A stretch of 64,000 nucleotides of DNA from positions 384,001-448,000 of the forward strand of contig CAWDOD010000003.1 of assembly GCA_963803805.1 (NCBI GenBank), in the 5' to 3' direction. The stretch is from an uncultured cyanobacterium (lineage in GTDB: Bacteria > Cyanobacteriota > Cyanobacteriia > Cyanobacteriales > CAWCAG01). Below are positions 40,594 through 51,857 of this stretch, one piece after another; positions within the stretch are counted from its first letter, which is position 1; the number at the start of each line of letters is the position of its first letter. The translations under genes and the position numbers were made by a program. Under the pieces are notes generated by a model. That model did not search any database and had not been told where the DNA came from. It saw only the letters and a program-made list of their open reading frames with translations.

Positions 40594-41526
40594 TCACTTA
40601 TTATCTTCATAAGCTGCATAAACACCTTGCACGTTATACCAATTCAGAAAAATACGGGCTACTTCCAAAGCTAACTGAGGCTTGCCGCGATTAATTAACC
40701 ATTGTAAAAAAGGAGCCATTGTTCTTTCATTTAAGGCTCCCCGCAAAGATAATATTCCCCACAAAAGACGATGCAACCAAGTCATTTGGATCATCATCTT
40801 CACCTCCCAAGTCGAGTGTTTCTCATAAAATAAAACTCCCATTCTGCCCCGTTGAATCTCCTTATCAATCAAACTAGGAAGTTGCTTAAGATTAAAAGCA
40901 GGATGCCAATGATAACCAACGGCTGCGGGACATTTAATCAACTTCAAACCCAACTTTTTTAACCTAACTCCTAACTCCAAATCCTCCCAACCATAAAGTT
41001 GAAAACGAGTATCAAAAAGCCCTGCTTCTTCCAGCCAATGACGAGGAATTGCCACATTCCCTGTAGCAAAATAAGCAGCGGAAAAGTCAGTTATCTTATA
41101 GGGTTCGGAGGTAGGATCATCAAAGTTAGCCGTATTAATCACCGCACCATAGGTAAAAAGGCGATCGCCACCTAATTCCTTTTCTCCTGCTTGTAAAGCA
41201 TCTCCATGTGCCTGCAAAAATTGTTCTGTAACAACTAAATCACTATCAATAAAAACAATTATTTCACCCTTTGCTTCCTCAACCCCTAAATTTCTAGCAG
41301 CAGCAGGACCTTGATGATCTTGAGCTACAATCCTTACATGGGGGATAATGGTTGAATTCTCTTCTAACCATTGCCTACTACCATCGGTAGAGCCATCATC
41401 TACCACCACAACTTCATAGCCTTCCACCACACTATTAGGCTTTAAATCCTGATTCTCCAACGCAAATAAGCATTTTTGGAGAATGGGTAAGCGGTTGTAA
41501 GTTGGAATAATAATACTAAAAAACAC
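40594..41526 (-). CDS. Family 2 glycosyltransferase
   Basis: IIIPTYNR, VDDGSTDG, FIDSD and YGWEDLE motifs. Confidence 0.92.
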   Translation of the reverse strand: MFFSIIIPTYNRLPILQKCLFALENQDLKPNSVVEGYEVVVVDDGSTDGSRQWLEENSTIIPHVRIVAQDHQGPAAARNLGVEEAKGEIIVFIDSDLVVTEQFLQAHGDALQAGEKELGGDRLFTYGAVINTANFDDPTSEPYKITDFSAAYFATGNVAIPRHWLEEAGLFDTRFQLYGWEDLELGVRLKKLGLKLIKCPAAVGYHWHPAFNLKQLPSLIDKEIQRGRMGVLFYEKHSTWEVKMMIQMTWLHRLLWGILSLRGALNERTMAPFLQWLINRGKPQLALEVARIFLNWYNVQGVYAAYEDNK

Positions 41527-41533
41527 AGCTTTG

Positions 41534-41626
41534 TCAGTTATCAGTTATCAGTTATCAACCGGTGCGCATTCCCTCTTACGCTGATGCAGGATCGCACCGC
41601 AATTATCAATTATCAATTATCAATTA
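41534..41626. repeat. Heptamer arrays (TCAGTTA, CAATTAT) interrupted by a 40-nt GC-rich hairpin
   Basis: TCAGTTA x3, CGGTGCG(41560)...CGCACCG(41599), CAATTAT x3-4. Confidence 0.82.
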
Positions 41627-42149
41627 ATCGGTAGCCATCAGGATGAATAGTATAGTTGTCTAGGTAAGCAGTAGAGAGATCGACATCCTTACTCCGAAAA
41701 AGGTTGCAACCATTCAATTGAGCTTTGAATAAATTCGCTTTTTCCATTCTTGCTCCTCTTAAATCTGCATTACTCAGATTGGCATAGCTTAGATTGGCTT
41801 TATAAAGATTAGCACCCTGTAAATTCACATCTTGCAAATCAGCGCCCTGTAAATTAGCAAAACATAGTTCTGCCCTCAATAAATTAGCTCTTCGCAAATT
41901 TACTTGAGAAAAATCAACTTGATTAAGTCTAGCGCTAGTGAATTCAGCATCTTGCAAATCAGCCTGCTGTAAGTTAGCCTGATTAAGATTTGAGTAAGGT
42001 AAATAGATTTTTTGTAGGCAGCTATAGGCAAGATTAATGCCTTGAAGTTCAGCTTCAAATAGATCAGCAGCATTAATATCTATCCCTTGGAAGTCTCGCC
42101 TGCCACTGGCGTATTGAGCTTTCAACTCCGTAACACCAATCTTTCTCAT
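41613..42149 (-). CDS. Pentapeptide repeat protein
   Basis: YASGRRDF cap, ANLxx repeats, C-terminal HPDG. Confidence 0.92.
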   Translation of the reverse strand: MRKIGVTELKAQYASGRRDFQGIDINAADLFEAELQGINLAYSCLQKIYLPYSNLNQANLQQADLQDAEFTSARLNQVDFSQVNLRRANLLRAELCFANLQGADLQDVNLQGANLYKANLSYANLSNADLRGARMEKANLFKAQLNGCNLFRSKDVDLSTAYLDNYTIHPDGYRLIDN

Positions 42150-42272
42150 AACGGAAATTTTCTACACCTTCTGTAGTCAAACTGACTTCAAGGTTAAATC
42201 ACAACTGTAGCAAGTGTATTTCCGTCTAAGTTTTTCTTAAGATTTGTAACGAAATAGATAAATACCACGAAA

Positions 42273-42311
42273 TTAACCTATCAAGCAAACTTAATTTGCT
42301 TGATAGGTTAA
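42273..42311. terminator. Perfect 17-bp inverted repeat, likely terminator for the vWA/Slr1339-like transcript
   Basis: TTAACCTATCAAGCAAA-CTTAA-TTTGCTTGATAGGTTAA immediately past the 42324 stop. Confidence 0.75.
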
Positions 42312-42323
42312 ACAAAAGGCAGC

Positions 42324-42887
42324 TTATTTCTGTAAAGCCTTTAAATAATCAATAGCTGCTGCTAACTTAGAAGGATAAGCGTAAGCAAACTCCTCAAACC
42401 ACAGTCCTTCTTCAGAATCAACATCTAGTTGTTTCAGCCAACTTTCAGCCTGCTTCTCTATCTCTATTAATTGCTGCTGGCGTAATTTTTCCTGACGAAC
42501 TTCCTCTTGTTGTTCCTGTTCTTTAATCTCTTCTCTAATCTCAGCAAAAACTTTATTTTCTGCCCCAAATCTCATTTTTCTAGAAGCAGAATAAGAGTTT
42601 TTACTCGGCGAAAAGCCACTTTTATTTATATCAGATTTAACCTCGGACAACAAACTATCAAACCCAGAACGATGATTCTTAACAGAAACATCTTTTCCCT
42701 CTTCAAACTCAGACTTGACATTTGCCAAAAGACTATCTAAATCAGATGATTTTTCTTTCTCCTTTACTACTCCTAAAAACTCACCGGAACTTAATTTACG
42801 CTTATCTTCAACAGGTTGCGGAGATAATTTATTCTGCTTATCTTTTTCCTCATACTCCTTCTTAATCTCAGATAAAAGCTCATCCAT
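42324..42887 (-). CDS. Hypothetical protein, Slr1339-like salt-stress family
   Basis: Repeated (M/L/F)DxLLxxV/IKx(E/D) motif; C-terminal WLKQLD..SEEGLWFEEFAYAYPSKLAAAIDYL. Confidence 0.65.
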   Translation of the reverse strand: MDELLSEIKKEYEEKDKQNKLSPQPVEDKRKLSSGEFLGVVKEKEKSSDLDSLLANVKSEFEEGKDVSVKNHRSGFDSLLSEVKSDINKSGFSPSKNSYSASRKMRFGAENKVFAEIREEIKEQEQQEEVRQEKLRQQQLIEIEKQAESWLKQLDVDSEEGLWFEEFAYAYPSKLAAAIDYLKALQK

Positions 42888-42930
42888 TCCAAATCACCTA
42901 TTAGCAATTAGCAACTAGCAATTAGCAAAA

Positions 42931-43536
42931 TCAATCAGTAATTGCATTCAACAAAACCTCAGTCAAAGTGATATCTTCCATATCATCTATAGTAATAGTA
43001 TCGACAATATCGAACTTAGCCCCAGCACTTTGCAATTCATCATCCAAAATCTTCAAAAACCTCGTTGCTTCTGCATCATTGCCAACCTGTACAAAAGAAA
43101 TAGCCAACTCTTCATCTCGATCAATACGCCGCGATGCTTCCACAATCGTCCGCATCACTGCCTTACGGTCATCTGGTTCACCATCCGTTACCACCAAAAT
43201 CGTCTCTCCGTTAGATTTTGATTGACCAGATGCTTTATTTTGGAAATAACTGCCCAAAGCGTCTTGCAAAACTGCCGTTAAATTAGTCCTGCCAGAAGGC
43301 TCATTTTCAGTGAATATCTGTGACACTTTGTTGGCAGTAACATTGTTGTAGCGCTTAAACCGCCCAGAAAAAGTATAAACTGTAATGCCATCAGGATCTA
43401 AATCTTCGCACTTACTAGCCAAAGCTAAGGTAGACTCCTGCATCACCTGCCAACGGCTTTTCCCTCCCCACTGGTCTTTGATCGACATACTGCCACTTTT
43501 ATCAATAATTAGGGTATAGTCGCGGTCTTCTAGCAT
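42931..43536 (-). CDS. Stand-alone vWA domain protein
   Basis: MIDAS DKSGSM, TNLTAVL and VVTDGEP motifs. Confidence 0.9.
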   Translation of the reverse strand: MLEDRDYTLIIDKSGSMSIKDQWGGKSRWQVMQESTLALASKCEDLDPDGITVYTFSGRFKRYNNVTANKVSQIFTENEPSGRTNLTAVLQDALGSYFQNKASGQSKSNGETILVVTDGEPDDRKAVMRTIVEASRRIDRDEELAISFVQVGNDAEATRFLKILDDELQSAGAKFDIVDTITIDDMEDITLTEVLLNAITD

Positions 43537-43588
43537 GGAGTCCCCTTCCCTAGCTGGATTTTTTTACCTAATCTTAACTTAGCAACTC

Positions 43589-44066
43589 CTAGGCAGAAGC
43601 TAAGGTTTGGTCTAACGAAACCCAGCTAAACTTGCGAATCGCCTCCCAATTCTAAAATTACTTTCACCTTGGGTTCAAGCTTAGGTAAATTAACTAAATA
43701 TTCTCTTTCCTGGCGAGAAAGAACCTGTCCTTCCAAAATCCAAACTAATAAACCCTTCGCCTTAGCAGGCAAATTTTCCAATTGATAATTAATCATTGGC
43801 GGAATGTAATAAACTGGACCAACTGCCGCATCTTGGCCAATATCCTTTTTGCCCAAATGAGGAGGACGTACACCGTGTATTCCCGTCAAATATGCGGCTA
43901 AATCTCCTAATCCTCTGGCTGTAATATGTAAGCTTACGTAGCCATTTGCTCGCAAACGCCTTTGATAGCGTCCTTCAAACCCCCCTTCCAGGGGCATATA
44001 AACTCCTAAAGCGCCAGACTTATCTAAGTCCCGGATAAAGGATTTACCGCTTGTAATCAGTGCCAT
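43589..44066 (-). CDS. ndhN: NAD(P)H-quinone oxidoreductase subunit N; +1 frameshift near 43634-43642
   Basis: PLEGGFEGRYQRRLRA and HGVRPPHLGK motifs. Removing one base restores GGDRKFSWVSLDQTLASA* ending at 43589. Confidence 0.93.
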
Positions 44067-44133
44067 TGCGTTTTAATTTTCGTTAAAATTCCCTAAGTCC
44101 TAATTATAGTATTTAACCTAAATTATTTTCTTG

Positions 44134-44162
44134 TTGACTAAACCAACTAAACTAGCTATAAT
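44134..44162 (+). promoter_or_regulatory. Sigma70-type promoter of the rplC superoperon
   Basis: TTGACT (44134-39), 17 bp, TATAAT (44157-62). Confidence 0.75.
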
Positions 44163-44446
44163 TTACGATTGTGACTAAAGTTAAAACCTTTACTTGCAAA
44201 CGTGCCTCGTTAAGATACTGGGGTTTTAAAAAATCTCTAAGTCTTAACGGTAACAGGCGAAAGTTAAAGCCAAGTATTTCTAATGTTGAGCTTAACTGGC
44301 GTACTTGGACTTTAGGACATTGCAGTAATAAATAAAGGTTCGCGCTCTCCTTTTGTGGAGAAGTTGCCTGTTGGCAGAAGACTCAGAATTTCTTTCGGTC
44401 TATCTGCTAGCTAAAGTGTCGTCTAGAAAGGAGAGGGGCTGCCGAA

Positions 44447-45091
44447 GTGTATTTAGGCATTCTTGGTACAAAACTAGGTATGACCCAAATCTTTGACCAA
44501 GAAACAGGGGTAGCTATTCCTGTAACAGTCATCGAAGCGGGTTCTTGCACAGTAACTCAAATAAAAACCGAAGAAACTGATGGCTATAATGCCATCCAAG
44601 TTGGCTATAAAGAAGCCAAACCCAAGGCAATTAACAAACCAGAGCAAGGCCACCTCAAAAAGGCCAATGCTCCTTTGTTACGCCATTTAAAAGAATATCG
44701 CTTAGATAGTCCCAACCAGTACGAACTAGGTCAAACCATCAAAGCCGATATCTTTAATCCTGGGCAAATAGTTGATGTGAGCGGAACTAGTACAGGAAAA
44801 GGTTTCGCCGGATATCAAAAACGACATAACTTTAAACGTGGTCCCATGTCCCACGGTTCCAAAAACCATCGCCTTCCTGGTTCAACTGGACCGGGAACAA
44901 CCCCAGGTAGAATCTTTCCTGGCAAGAAAATGGCAGGGCGCTTGGGAGGAGAGAAAGTAACTGTACGCAAACTCAAAGTAGTCAGCGTAGATGTAGAACG
45001 GAACCTCTTATTAGTCAAAGGGGCAATCCCAGGCAAACCAGGTGGTTTACTAAGTATTACCCCAGCCAAATGGGTTAAGCACAGTAATTAA
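44447..45091 (+). CDS. rplC: 50S ribosomal protein L3
   Basis: [14 protein letters not shown] and [11 protein letters not shown] start after AGGAG. Confidence 0.97.
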   Translation: MYLGILGTKLGMTQIFDQETGVAIPVTVIEAGSCTVTQIKTEETDGYNAIQVGYKEAKPKAINKPEQGHLKKANAPLLRHLKEYRLDSPNQYELGQTIKADIFNPGQIVDVSGTSTGKGFAGYQKRHNFKRGPMSHGSKNHRLPGSTGPGTTPGRIFPGKKMAGRLGGEKVTVRKLKVVSVDVERNLLLVKGAIPGKPGGLLSITPAKWVKHSN

Positions 45092-45125
45092 ATCATCTCT
45101 TGCAAATGACAATTCAAAGAAACAA

Positions 45126-45758
45126 ATGGTTAAATGTATAGTCAAAAACTGGGAAGGAGAAGAGTTCTCCGAAGCAACTTTAGAGCTAAAAGTAGCTAAA
45201 GAAGAAAATGCTGCTCATATTGTCCACCGAGCTTTAGTACGGCAAATGACTAACGCTCGTCAAGGCAATGCTTCTACCAAAACTAGAGCCGAAGTTAGAG
45301 GCGGCGGTCGCAAACCCTGGCGACAAAAAGGTACTGGTCGCGCCCGTGCTGGTTCTATTCGCTCTCCTTTATGGAAAGGCGGTGGGGTAATCTTTGGTCC
45401 CAAACCGAGAACTTTTAACCTCAAAATGAATCGCAAAGAGCGACGTTTAGCCCTAAGAACAGCCTTTGCTAGTCGCTCTGAAGACTTATTGGTAGTAGCG
45501 GATTTTGCTGAGCAACTGCCTAAACCTAAAACTCAAGAAATGGTCAAAGCTTTGGCTCGTTGGGGTGTAGAACCACGTCAGAAAGTCTTGCTGATCTTGC
45601 CGGAAGTAGCCGAAAACGTCAACCTCTCAGCGCGAAATATAGCTAACCTCAAGCTAATTCGCACCAACAACCTCAACGTTTACGATTTATTAGTAGCTGA
45701 CAAAATCGTCACCACATCTGAAGGTTTGGCAAAAATCCAGGAGGTTTATAGTGACTAA
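45126..45758 (+). CDS. rplD: 50S ribosomal protein L4
   Basis: [15 protein letters not shown]. Confidence 0.97.
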   Translation: MVKCIVKNWEGEEFSEATLELKVAKEENAAHIVHRALVRQMTNARQGNASTKTRAEVRGGGRKPWRQKGTGRARAGSIRSPLWKGGGVIFGPKPRTFNLKMNRKERRLALRTAFASRSEDLLVVADFAEQLPKPKTQEMVKALARWGVEPRQKVLLILPEVAENVNLSARNIANLKLIRTNNLNVYDLLVADKIVTTSEGLAKIQEVYSD

Positions 45759-46053
45759 TTACAATCCCCGTGACTTGCCGGATCTAATTATCAAGCCCAT
45801 TGTTACAGAAAAGGCCACCTTACTCTTAGAAAACAATCAATACGTCTTTGATGTCGCTCTTAAAGCGGATAAACCGAAAATCAAAGCAGCCATTGAAAGC
45901 TTATTTGATGTCAAAGTAACCAAAGTCAACACCAGTCGTCCTCCCCGGAAAAAGCGCCGCGTTGGTAAATATATCGGTTATAAACCTCAATATAAAAGAG
46001 CGATTATCACCTTAGCAGAAGGTGACTCCATAACCTTATTCCCAGAAGTGTAA
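45751..46053 (+). CDS. rplW: 50S ribosomal protein L23
   Basis: [15 protein letters not shown]; operon position. Confidence 0.97.
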   Translation: MTNYNPRDLPDLIIKPIVTEKATLLLENNQYVFDVALKADKPKIKAAIESLFDVKVTKVNTSRPPRKKRRVGKYIGYKPQYKRAIITLAEGDSITLFPEV

Positions 46054-46079
46054 ACTTGTATCTTTTATTTCTTTAAGTT

Positions 46080-46928
46080 ATGGCTATCCGTTCTTATCGG
46101 CCCTATACTCCTGGTACTCGTCAAGCGACAGTTTCAGACTTTTCTGAAATTACCAAAAGTAAGCCGGAAAAATCCCTAACCAAATTTAAACATCGCGCCA
46201 AAGGTCGTAACAATCGTGGTGTCATCACCAGTCGCCGTCGTGGTGGTGGTCATAAGCGCCTCTATCGCCAAATCGACTTTCGCCGCGACAAGCGCAATAT
46301 GCCCGCAGAAGTGCTGGCAATAGAGTATGATCCCAACCGCAACGCCAGAATAGCTCTGTTGCACTATGAAGATGGTGAAAAGCGTTATATACTCTGCCCT
46401 GCCGGATTAACCGTTGGCACCACAGTAATTTCTAGTAGCGATGCTCCCTATGAAATTGGTAATGCCTTACCCCTAGCCAAAATACCTCTAGGTACCACGG
46501 TTCACAATGTTGAAATGAAACCAGGCAAAGGCGGACAAATTGTTCGTTCTGCTGGTGCAGCAGCTCAGGTTGTTGCTAAAGAAGGTAACTATGTCACTAT
46601 CAAATTACCTTCTAAAGAAGTGCGTATGATACGCAAAGAATGCTACGCTACCATCGGCCAAGTTGGTAATGCAGAAGCTCGTAACCTCAGCTTAGGAAAA
46701 GCTGGTCGTTCTCGCCGTCTAGGGCGAAGACCAAAAGTACGAGGTAGTGCCATGAACCCGGTAGACCATCCCCACGGCGGTGGAGAAGGGCGCGCTCCTA
46801 TTGGCAGAAGCGGTCCGGTGTCCCCTTGGGGTAAACCAACTTTGGGAGCTAAAACTCGTAAAAAGAAAAAGCTCAGCAATGCTCTGATTGTTCGCCGTCG
46901 TCGTTCTGGTAAAGGTAAAAAAGACTAA
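46080..46928 (+). CDS. rplB: 50S ribosomal protein L2
   Basis: [19 protein letters not shown]. Confidence 0.98.
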   Translation: MAIRSYRPYTPGTRQATVSDFSEITKSKPEKSLTKFKHRAKGRNNRGVITSRRRGGGHKRLYRQIDFRRDKRNMPAEVLAIEYDPNRNARIALLHYEDGEKRYILCPAGLTVGTTVISSSDAPYEIGNALPLAKIPLGTTVHNVEMKPGKGGQIVRSAGAAAQVVAKEGNYVTIKLPSKEVRMIRKECYATIGQVGNAEARNLSLGKAGRSRRLGRRPKVRGSAMNPVDHPHGGGEGRAPIGRSGPVSPWGKPTLGAKTRKKKKLSNALIVRRRRSGKGKKD

Positions 46929-46969
46929 ACGAACTTTTGACTAAAATAACTTTACATCGGAAATAAACT

Positions 46970-47251
46970 ATGGGTCGTTCTTTAAAAAAAGGGCCATTTG
47001 TTGCTGATAGCTTACTAAGCAAAATTGAAAAACTCAATGCCAAGGACGAGAAAAAGGTTATAAAAACCTGGTCGAGGGCTTCAACAATCTTGCCTCAAAT
47101 GGTTGGTCACACTATTGCTGTCCATAATGGCCGCCAACACGTGCCGATTTTTATCAATGAACAAATGGTTGGTCATAAACTAGGGGAATTCGCCCCGACA
47201 AGAACCTTTCGAGGCCATTCCAAAGGTGACAAGAAAGCTGGTCGTCGATAA
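46970..47251 (+). CDS. rpsS: 30S ribosomal protein S19
   Basis: [20 protein letters not shown]. Confidence 0.98.
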   Translation: MGRSLKKGPFVADSLLSKIEKLNAKDEKKVIKTWSRASTILPQMVGHTIAVHNGRQHVPIFINEQMVGHKLGEFAPTRTFRGHSKGDKKAGRR

Positions 47252-47317
47252 AAAGCTCACCTAGCCGTCAACTGTTAATAAATTAAGTATTCATGATGGC
47301 TTTAAGAGGAGAAAACT

Positions 47318-47677
47318 ATGGTGGTAGATACTACAGAAGAAGTAAAAGCGATCGCTCGCTATATCCGGATGTCCCCCCGCAAGGTTAGACGGGTCTTAGA
47401 CCAAATTCGCGGTCGTACCTATAGAGAAGCCCTAATTTTATTGGAGTTTATGCCCTATCGTGCCTGTGGTCCAGTGCTTAAAGCATTGCGTTCTGCTGGC
47501 GCTAACGCTGAGCATAATGCCGGATTAGACAGAGCCTCTCTAGTTATTAGCCAAGCCTATGCCGATCAAGGGCCCACCTTGAAGCGCTTTAGGCCGAGGG
47601 CCCAAGGTAGAGCTTACCAAATCCGCAAACCAACTTGTCACATCACTATTGCTGTGGCTCCGGAAATGGAGGAATAG
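47318..47677 (+). CDS. rplV: 50S ribosomal protein L22
   Basis: [15 protein letters not shown]. Confidence 0.97.
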   Translation: MVVDTTEEVKAIARYIRMSPRKVRRVLDQIRGRTYREALILLEFMPYRACGPVLKALRSAGANAEHNAGLDRASLVISQAYADQGPTLKRFRPRAQGRAYQIRKPTCHITIAVAPEMEE

Positions 47678-47715
47678 CTCCGAGATTTGACTAACTAGTA
47701 GTAAAGGAAAAGTTT

Positions 47716-48435
47716 GTGGGACAAAAAATTCATCCAATTGGTTTCCGGTTAGGGGTAACCAAAGAACACTCTTCTCGCTGGTATGCTGACACAAAACGCT
47801 ATCCAGAACTGCTGCAAGAAGACCATAAAATTCGCCAGTATGTTGACAAAAACCTTAATAATGCTGGAATTTCAGACATCCGTATTGAACGCAAAGCCGA
47901 TCAAATTGACTTGGAAGTTCATACAGCTAGACCCGGTGTTGTCGTCGGACGGGGTGGTAGCGGCATTGAATCCTTGAGAACGGGGCTACAAAATGCCTTG
48001 GGAAGCAATCGTCAAATTCGGATCAATGTCATTGAAGTAACTAGAGTAGATGCTGATGCTACTCTGATTGCCGAAAATATTGCTCAACAATTAGAAAGGC
48101 GGGTTTCTTTTCGTAGAGTAGTACGTCAAGCTATTCAAAGGGCTCAACGAGCAGATGTCCAAGGTATCAAAATTCAGGTAAGCGGCCGACTCAATGGAGC
48201 AGAAATTGCTCGTACTGAGTGGACTCGCGAAGGTCGAGTTCCCTTACATACTCTTCGGGCTGACATTGATTATTCCTACCGCACCGCTAAAACTATCTAC
48301 GGTATTTTAGGAGTCAAGGTTTGGGTCTTTAAAGGAGAGATTATTCCGGGACAAGAAGAACAATCAACCCCAAACCCGTCCCAAACTCCGCGCCGTCAGC
48401 TTCGCCGCCAGCAGTTTGAAGACCGATCTGAATAA
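47716..48435 (+). CDS. rpsC: 30S ribosomal protein S3
   Basis: [25 protein letters not shown]. Confidence 0.98.
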   Translation: MGQKIHPIGFRLGVTKEHSSRWYADTKRYPELLQEDHKIRQYVDKNLNNAGISDIRIERKADQIDLEVHTARPGVVVGRGGSGIESLRTGLQNALGSNRQIRINVIEVTRVDADATLIAENIAQQLERRVSFRRVVRQAIQRAQRADVQGIKIQVSGRLNGAEIARTEWTREGRVPLHTLRADIDYSYRTAKTIYGILGVKVWVFKGEIIPGQEEQSTPNPSQTPRRQLRRQQFEDRSE

Positions 48436-48453
48436 AGGGGCCAAAAACCAATT

Positions 48454-48873
48454 ATGCTAAGTCCAAAAAGAACCAAATTTCGCAAACAGCACCGCGGCCG
48501 TATGAGAGGTCTAGCCCATCGGGGAAATAGAGTTGACTTTGGGGATTTTGCTCTCCAAGCAATTGAACCTAGCTGGGTCACATCACGGCAAATCGAGGCT
48601 GCCCGTCGAGCTATGACTCGCTATGTCCGTAGAGGCGGTAAAATCTGGATTCGTATTTTCCCTGACAAACCTGTCACCATGCGTCCTGCTGAAACAAGAA
48701 TGGGTTCTGGTAAAGGCTCTCCTGAATACTGGGTAGCCGTAGTCAAGCCAGGACGCATCATGTTTGAAATGGCAGGTGTTTCAGAAGAAATTGCCAGAGA
48801 AGCAATGCGCCTTGCGGCTCAAAAGCTACCTTTGAAAACCAAATTTGTTACCCGCGCTGAGGATCAACTCTAA
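48454..48873 (+). CDS. rplP: 50S ribosomal protein L16
   Basis: [19 protein letters not shown]. Confidence 0.98.
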   Translation: MLSPKRTKFRKQHRGRMRGLAHRGNRVDFGDFALQAIEPSWVTSRQIEAARRAMTRYVRRGGKIWIRIFPDKPVTMRPAETRMGSGKGSPEYWVAVVKPGRIMFEMAGVSEEIAREAMRLAAQKLPLKTKFVTRAEDQL

Positions 48874-48876
48874 ATC

Positions 48877-49119
48877 ATGGCTTTTCCTAAAATAGCAGAA
48901 GTAAGAAGTTTAAGCGATGAAGAACTGGCTGAAGAGATTGTTGCTGTTAAAAAGAAATTATTTGAGCTAAGACTCGAAAAAGTCACCCGCCAGACAGAAA
49001 CGACCCATGAGCCTAAGCACGCTCGACATCGCTTAGCTCAACTATTAACTGTAGAAAGGGAGCGTCAACTGCAAGCTTCTACTAATGATTCCCCCATTGC
49101 TAAAGAACAAGAGGAGTAA
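48877..49119 (+). CDS. rpmC: 50S ribosomal protein L29
   Basis: KKKLFELRL...RLAQLLTV; operon position. Confidence 0.95.
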   Translation: MAFPKIAEVRSLSDEELAEEIVAVKKKLFELRLEKVTRQTETTHEPKHARHRLAQLLTVERERQLQASTNDSPIAKEQEE

Positions 49120-49127
49120 AACTTAAT

Positions 49128-49376
49128 ATGGCCGTTAAAGAAAGAGTGGGATTAGTAGTTAGCGACAAAATGGATAAAACCGTTGTTGTGGCTATAGAAA
49201 ACCGTTCTCCTCATCCTAAGTACGGAAAAATAGTTGTTCGCACTAAGCGATACAAAGTTCACGACGAGGAAAACAAATGTAAATCAGGAGACAGAGTTCG
49301 CATTAGAGAGACTCGTCCCCTCAGTCGTACCAAGCGCTGGAGCGTGACTGACATTCTCAATGAAAGCAGCAAGTAA
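49128..49376 (+). CDS. rpsQ: 30S ribosomal protein S17
   Basis: [20 protein letters not shown]. Confidence 0.97.
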   Translation: MAVKERVGLVVSDKMDKTVVVAIENRSPHPKYGKIVVRTKRYKVHDEENKCKSGDRVRIRETRPLSRTKRWSVTDILNESSK

Positions 49377-49403
49377 ATAGTTAAATTAGTAACTACTAGA
49401 ACC

Positions 49404-49772
49404 GTGATTCAACAGCAATCTTACCTTAATGTTGCCGACAACAGTGGCGCTCGTCAACTAATGTGCCTGCGGGTTCTGGGGTCTGGAAACCGCCGCTACG
49501 GCGGCATTGGCGATGTTATTATCGCTGTGGTTAAAGACGCTATTCCCAACATGGCAGTCAAAAAATCTGATGTAGTACGAGCGGTTATTGTTCGTACCCG
49601 TCACAGCATCCGTAGAGAAAGTGGTATGAGTATTCGTTTCGACGATAATGCTGCTGTAATTATTAATCCTGATAATAATCCTAGAGGAACTAGGGTTTTT
49701 GGTCCTGTAGCCAGGGAATTAAGGGAAAAAAACTTTACTAAAATCGTTTCTCTCGCTCCGGAGGTGATCTAA
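49404..49772 (+). CDS. rplN: 50S ribosomal protein L14
   Basis: [23 protein letters not shown]. Confidence 0.98.
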   Translation: MIQQQSYLNVADNSGARQLMCLRVLGSGNRRYGGIGDVIIAVVKDAIPNMAVKKSDVVRAVIVRTRHSIRRESGMSIRFDDNAAVIINPDNNPRGTRVFGPVARELREKNFTKIVSLAPEVI

Positions 49773-50119
49773 TGGCTCAAACAAAAGGTAGCCCCACTCG
49801 CTACAAAATGCACGTTAAAAAAGGAGATACAGTACAGGTTATCTCTGGTAGGGATAAAGGGAAAGTCGGGGAAATAACCACAGTTTTTCCTAAGACGAGT
49901 AAAGTCTTAGTTGAAGGGGTTAACATTATAACCAAACACGTTAAACCGCAACAAGAAGGCGAATCAGGTCAAATCGTTACCGAAGAAGCGCCGATCCATA
50001 GCTCTAATGTGATGTTGTATTCCACTAAAGAGAAAGTAACTAGTCGAACTTCCTACACTTTTACAGAGGATGGTCGTAAAGTCAGGATGCTAAAAAAGAC
50101 AGGTGAGATTATTGACTAA
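49772..50119 (+). CDS. rplX: 50S ribosomal protein L24
   Basis: [25 protein letters not shown]. Confidence 0.97.
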   Translation: MAQTKGSPTRYKMHVKKGDTVQVISGRDKGKVGEITTVFPKTSKVLVEGVNIITKHVKPQQEGESGQIVTEEAPIHSSNVMLYSTKEKVTSRTSYTFTEDGRKVRMLKKTGEIID

Positions 50120-50184
50120 TTTAGTCTCTCTAGCTGTTAAAAACATTCCCTGACCAAGCCCAGGGAAATTTACACTCAAAAACC

Positions 50185-50730
50185 ATGACACAAAGACTAA
50201 AGACTATTTATCAAGATAAAATTGTTCCTAAGTTAAAAGAACAGTTTGGATATACTAATATCCATCAAGTCCCTAAAGTCGAAAAAATTACCATTAATCG
50301 AGGTTTAGGAGAAGCATCTCAAAATACTAAAGCCCTGGAATCATCTCTTCGGGAATTAGCAACGATTACGGGGCAAAAACCTGTAGTTACTAGAGCGAAA
50401 AAAGCGATCGCTGGTTTTAAAATTCGTGAGGGGATGCCGGTTGGGGTAATGGTCACTTTACGCCAAGAAAGAATGTATGCCTTCCTAGATCGCTTAATTA
50501 GTTTGTCCTTGCCCAGAATTAGAGATTTCCGTGGTGTGAGTCCAAAAAGCTTTGATGGTAGAGGCAACTATAGTCTTGGCATTAGGGAGCAACTTATTTT
50601 TCCAGAAATTGACTACGATAGCATCGACCAAATTCGTGGCATGGATATTTCCATTGTAACCACAGCAAATACTGATGAGGAAGGCCGAGCTTTACTCAAA
50701 GAAATGGGTATGCCTTTCCGGAACAATTGA
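50185..50730 (+). CDS. rplE: 50S ribosomal protein L5
   Basis: [22 protein letters not shown]. Confidence 0.98.
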   Translation: MTQRLKTIYQDKIVPKLKEQFGYTNIHQVPKVEKITINRGLGEASQNTKALESSLRELATITGQKPVVTRAKKAIAGFKIREGMPVGVMVTLRQERMYAFLDRLISLSLPRIRDFRGVSPKSFDGRGNYSLGIREQLIFPEIDYDSIDQIRGMDISIVTTANTDEEGRALLKEMGMPFRNN

Positions 50731-50825
50731 TTAGGCGGGAGGGTTAAGTCGACTTAATTTTTCACCATTAACGTTGCTACTAACTTGCCCCTATAACCTA
50801 TTAAAAGGAGACAAAAAAGCAAAGA

Positions 50826-51227
50826 ATGGCTTCTAATGACACAATTTCAGATATGCTAACCCGCATCCGGAATGCTTGCTTAGTTAGGCATTCCACCACC
50901 AACGTTCCTTCAACAAGGATGACTCGCAGCATAGCTCAAGTCCTTAAGGATGAAGGCTTTATCGCTGACTTTGAAGAAGTGGGTGAAGTTATTAAAAAAA
51001 ATTTAGTAATCTCCCTTAAATACAAAGGAAGAAACCGTCAGCCCATTATTACTAATTTAAAAAGAGTTAGTAAGCCTGGCTTAAGAGTTTACAAAAATCG
51101 CAAAGAATTACCAAGAGTTTTAGGTGGTATTGGCATTGCTGTCATTTCTACCTCAAGTGGCATCATGACTGATAGAGAAGCTAGACGAAAAGGAATTGGC
51201 GGAGAAATCCTCTGTTATGTATGGTAG
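50826..51227 (+). CDS. rpsH: 30S ribosomal protein S8
   Basis: [17 protein letters not shown]. Confidence 0.98.
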   Translation: MASNDTISDMLTRIRNACLVRHSTTNVPSTRMTRSIAQVLKDEGFIADFEEVGEVIKKNLVISLKYKGRNRQPIITNLKRVSKPGLRVYKNRKELPRVLGGIGIAVISTSSGIMTDREARRKGIGGEILCYVW

Positions 51228-51313
51228 CCATTGGCTAGTTGTCACCTTGAGTCATCGATATTTAGTACCGTCAAAAACTTAAGAACAAAGTCAAACAATG
51301 GAGTAGCTCAATC

Positions 51314-51853
51314 ATGTCTCGTATTGGCAAGCGTCCAATTCCAATTCCTAGTAAAGTAACAGTAGATATAAAAGGGCAACAGGTTACTGTCAAAGGCCCT
51401 AAAGGTACTCTAGATAGAGTATTACCCGACAAAGTAACAGTGGAGCAACAAGGAGATACCCTTGAAGTTCAACGCCAGGATGAGTCTCGTATCTCTCGCC
51501 AACTCCATGGTCTATCTCGAACTCTAGTTGCCAACATGGTAGAAGGGGTATCTCAAGGGTATGCGAAACACTTAGATATTCAAGGTATAGGTTATCGCGC
51601 CCAGGTTCAAGGCAAAAAGCTGATTCTCAATGTTGGTTACAGTAATCCTGTGGAGATTGATCCTCCAGAGGGAATACAGCTAGCCGTGGAAAAAAATACC
51701 CAAGTAACAGTTAGTGGCATCAACAAAGAAATTGTTGGTAATGTAGCTGCCCAAATTCGAGCAGTTAGACCCCCAGAGCCTTATAAAGGTAAAGGTATTC
51801 GCTATAAAGGTGAATTCGTCAGACGTAAAGCTGGTAAAGCAGGTAAGAAGTAA
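51314..51853 (+). CDS. rplF: 50S ribosomal protein L6
   Basis: [19 protein letters not shown]. Confidence 0.98.
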   Translation: MSRIGKRPIPIPSKVTVDIKGQQVTVKGPKGTLDRVLPDKVTVEQQGDTLEVQRQDESRISRQLHGLSRTLVANMVEGVSQGYAKHLDIQGIGYRAQVQGKKLILNVGYSNPVEIDPPEGIQLAVEKNTQVTVSGINKEIVGNVAAQIRAVRPPEPYKGKGIRYKGEFVRRKAGKAGKK

Positions 51854-51857
51854 AAAA

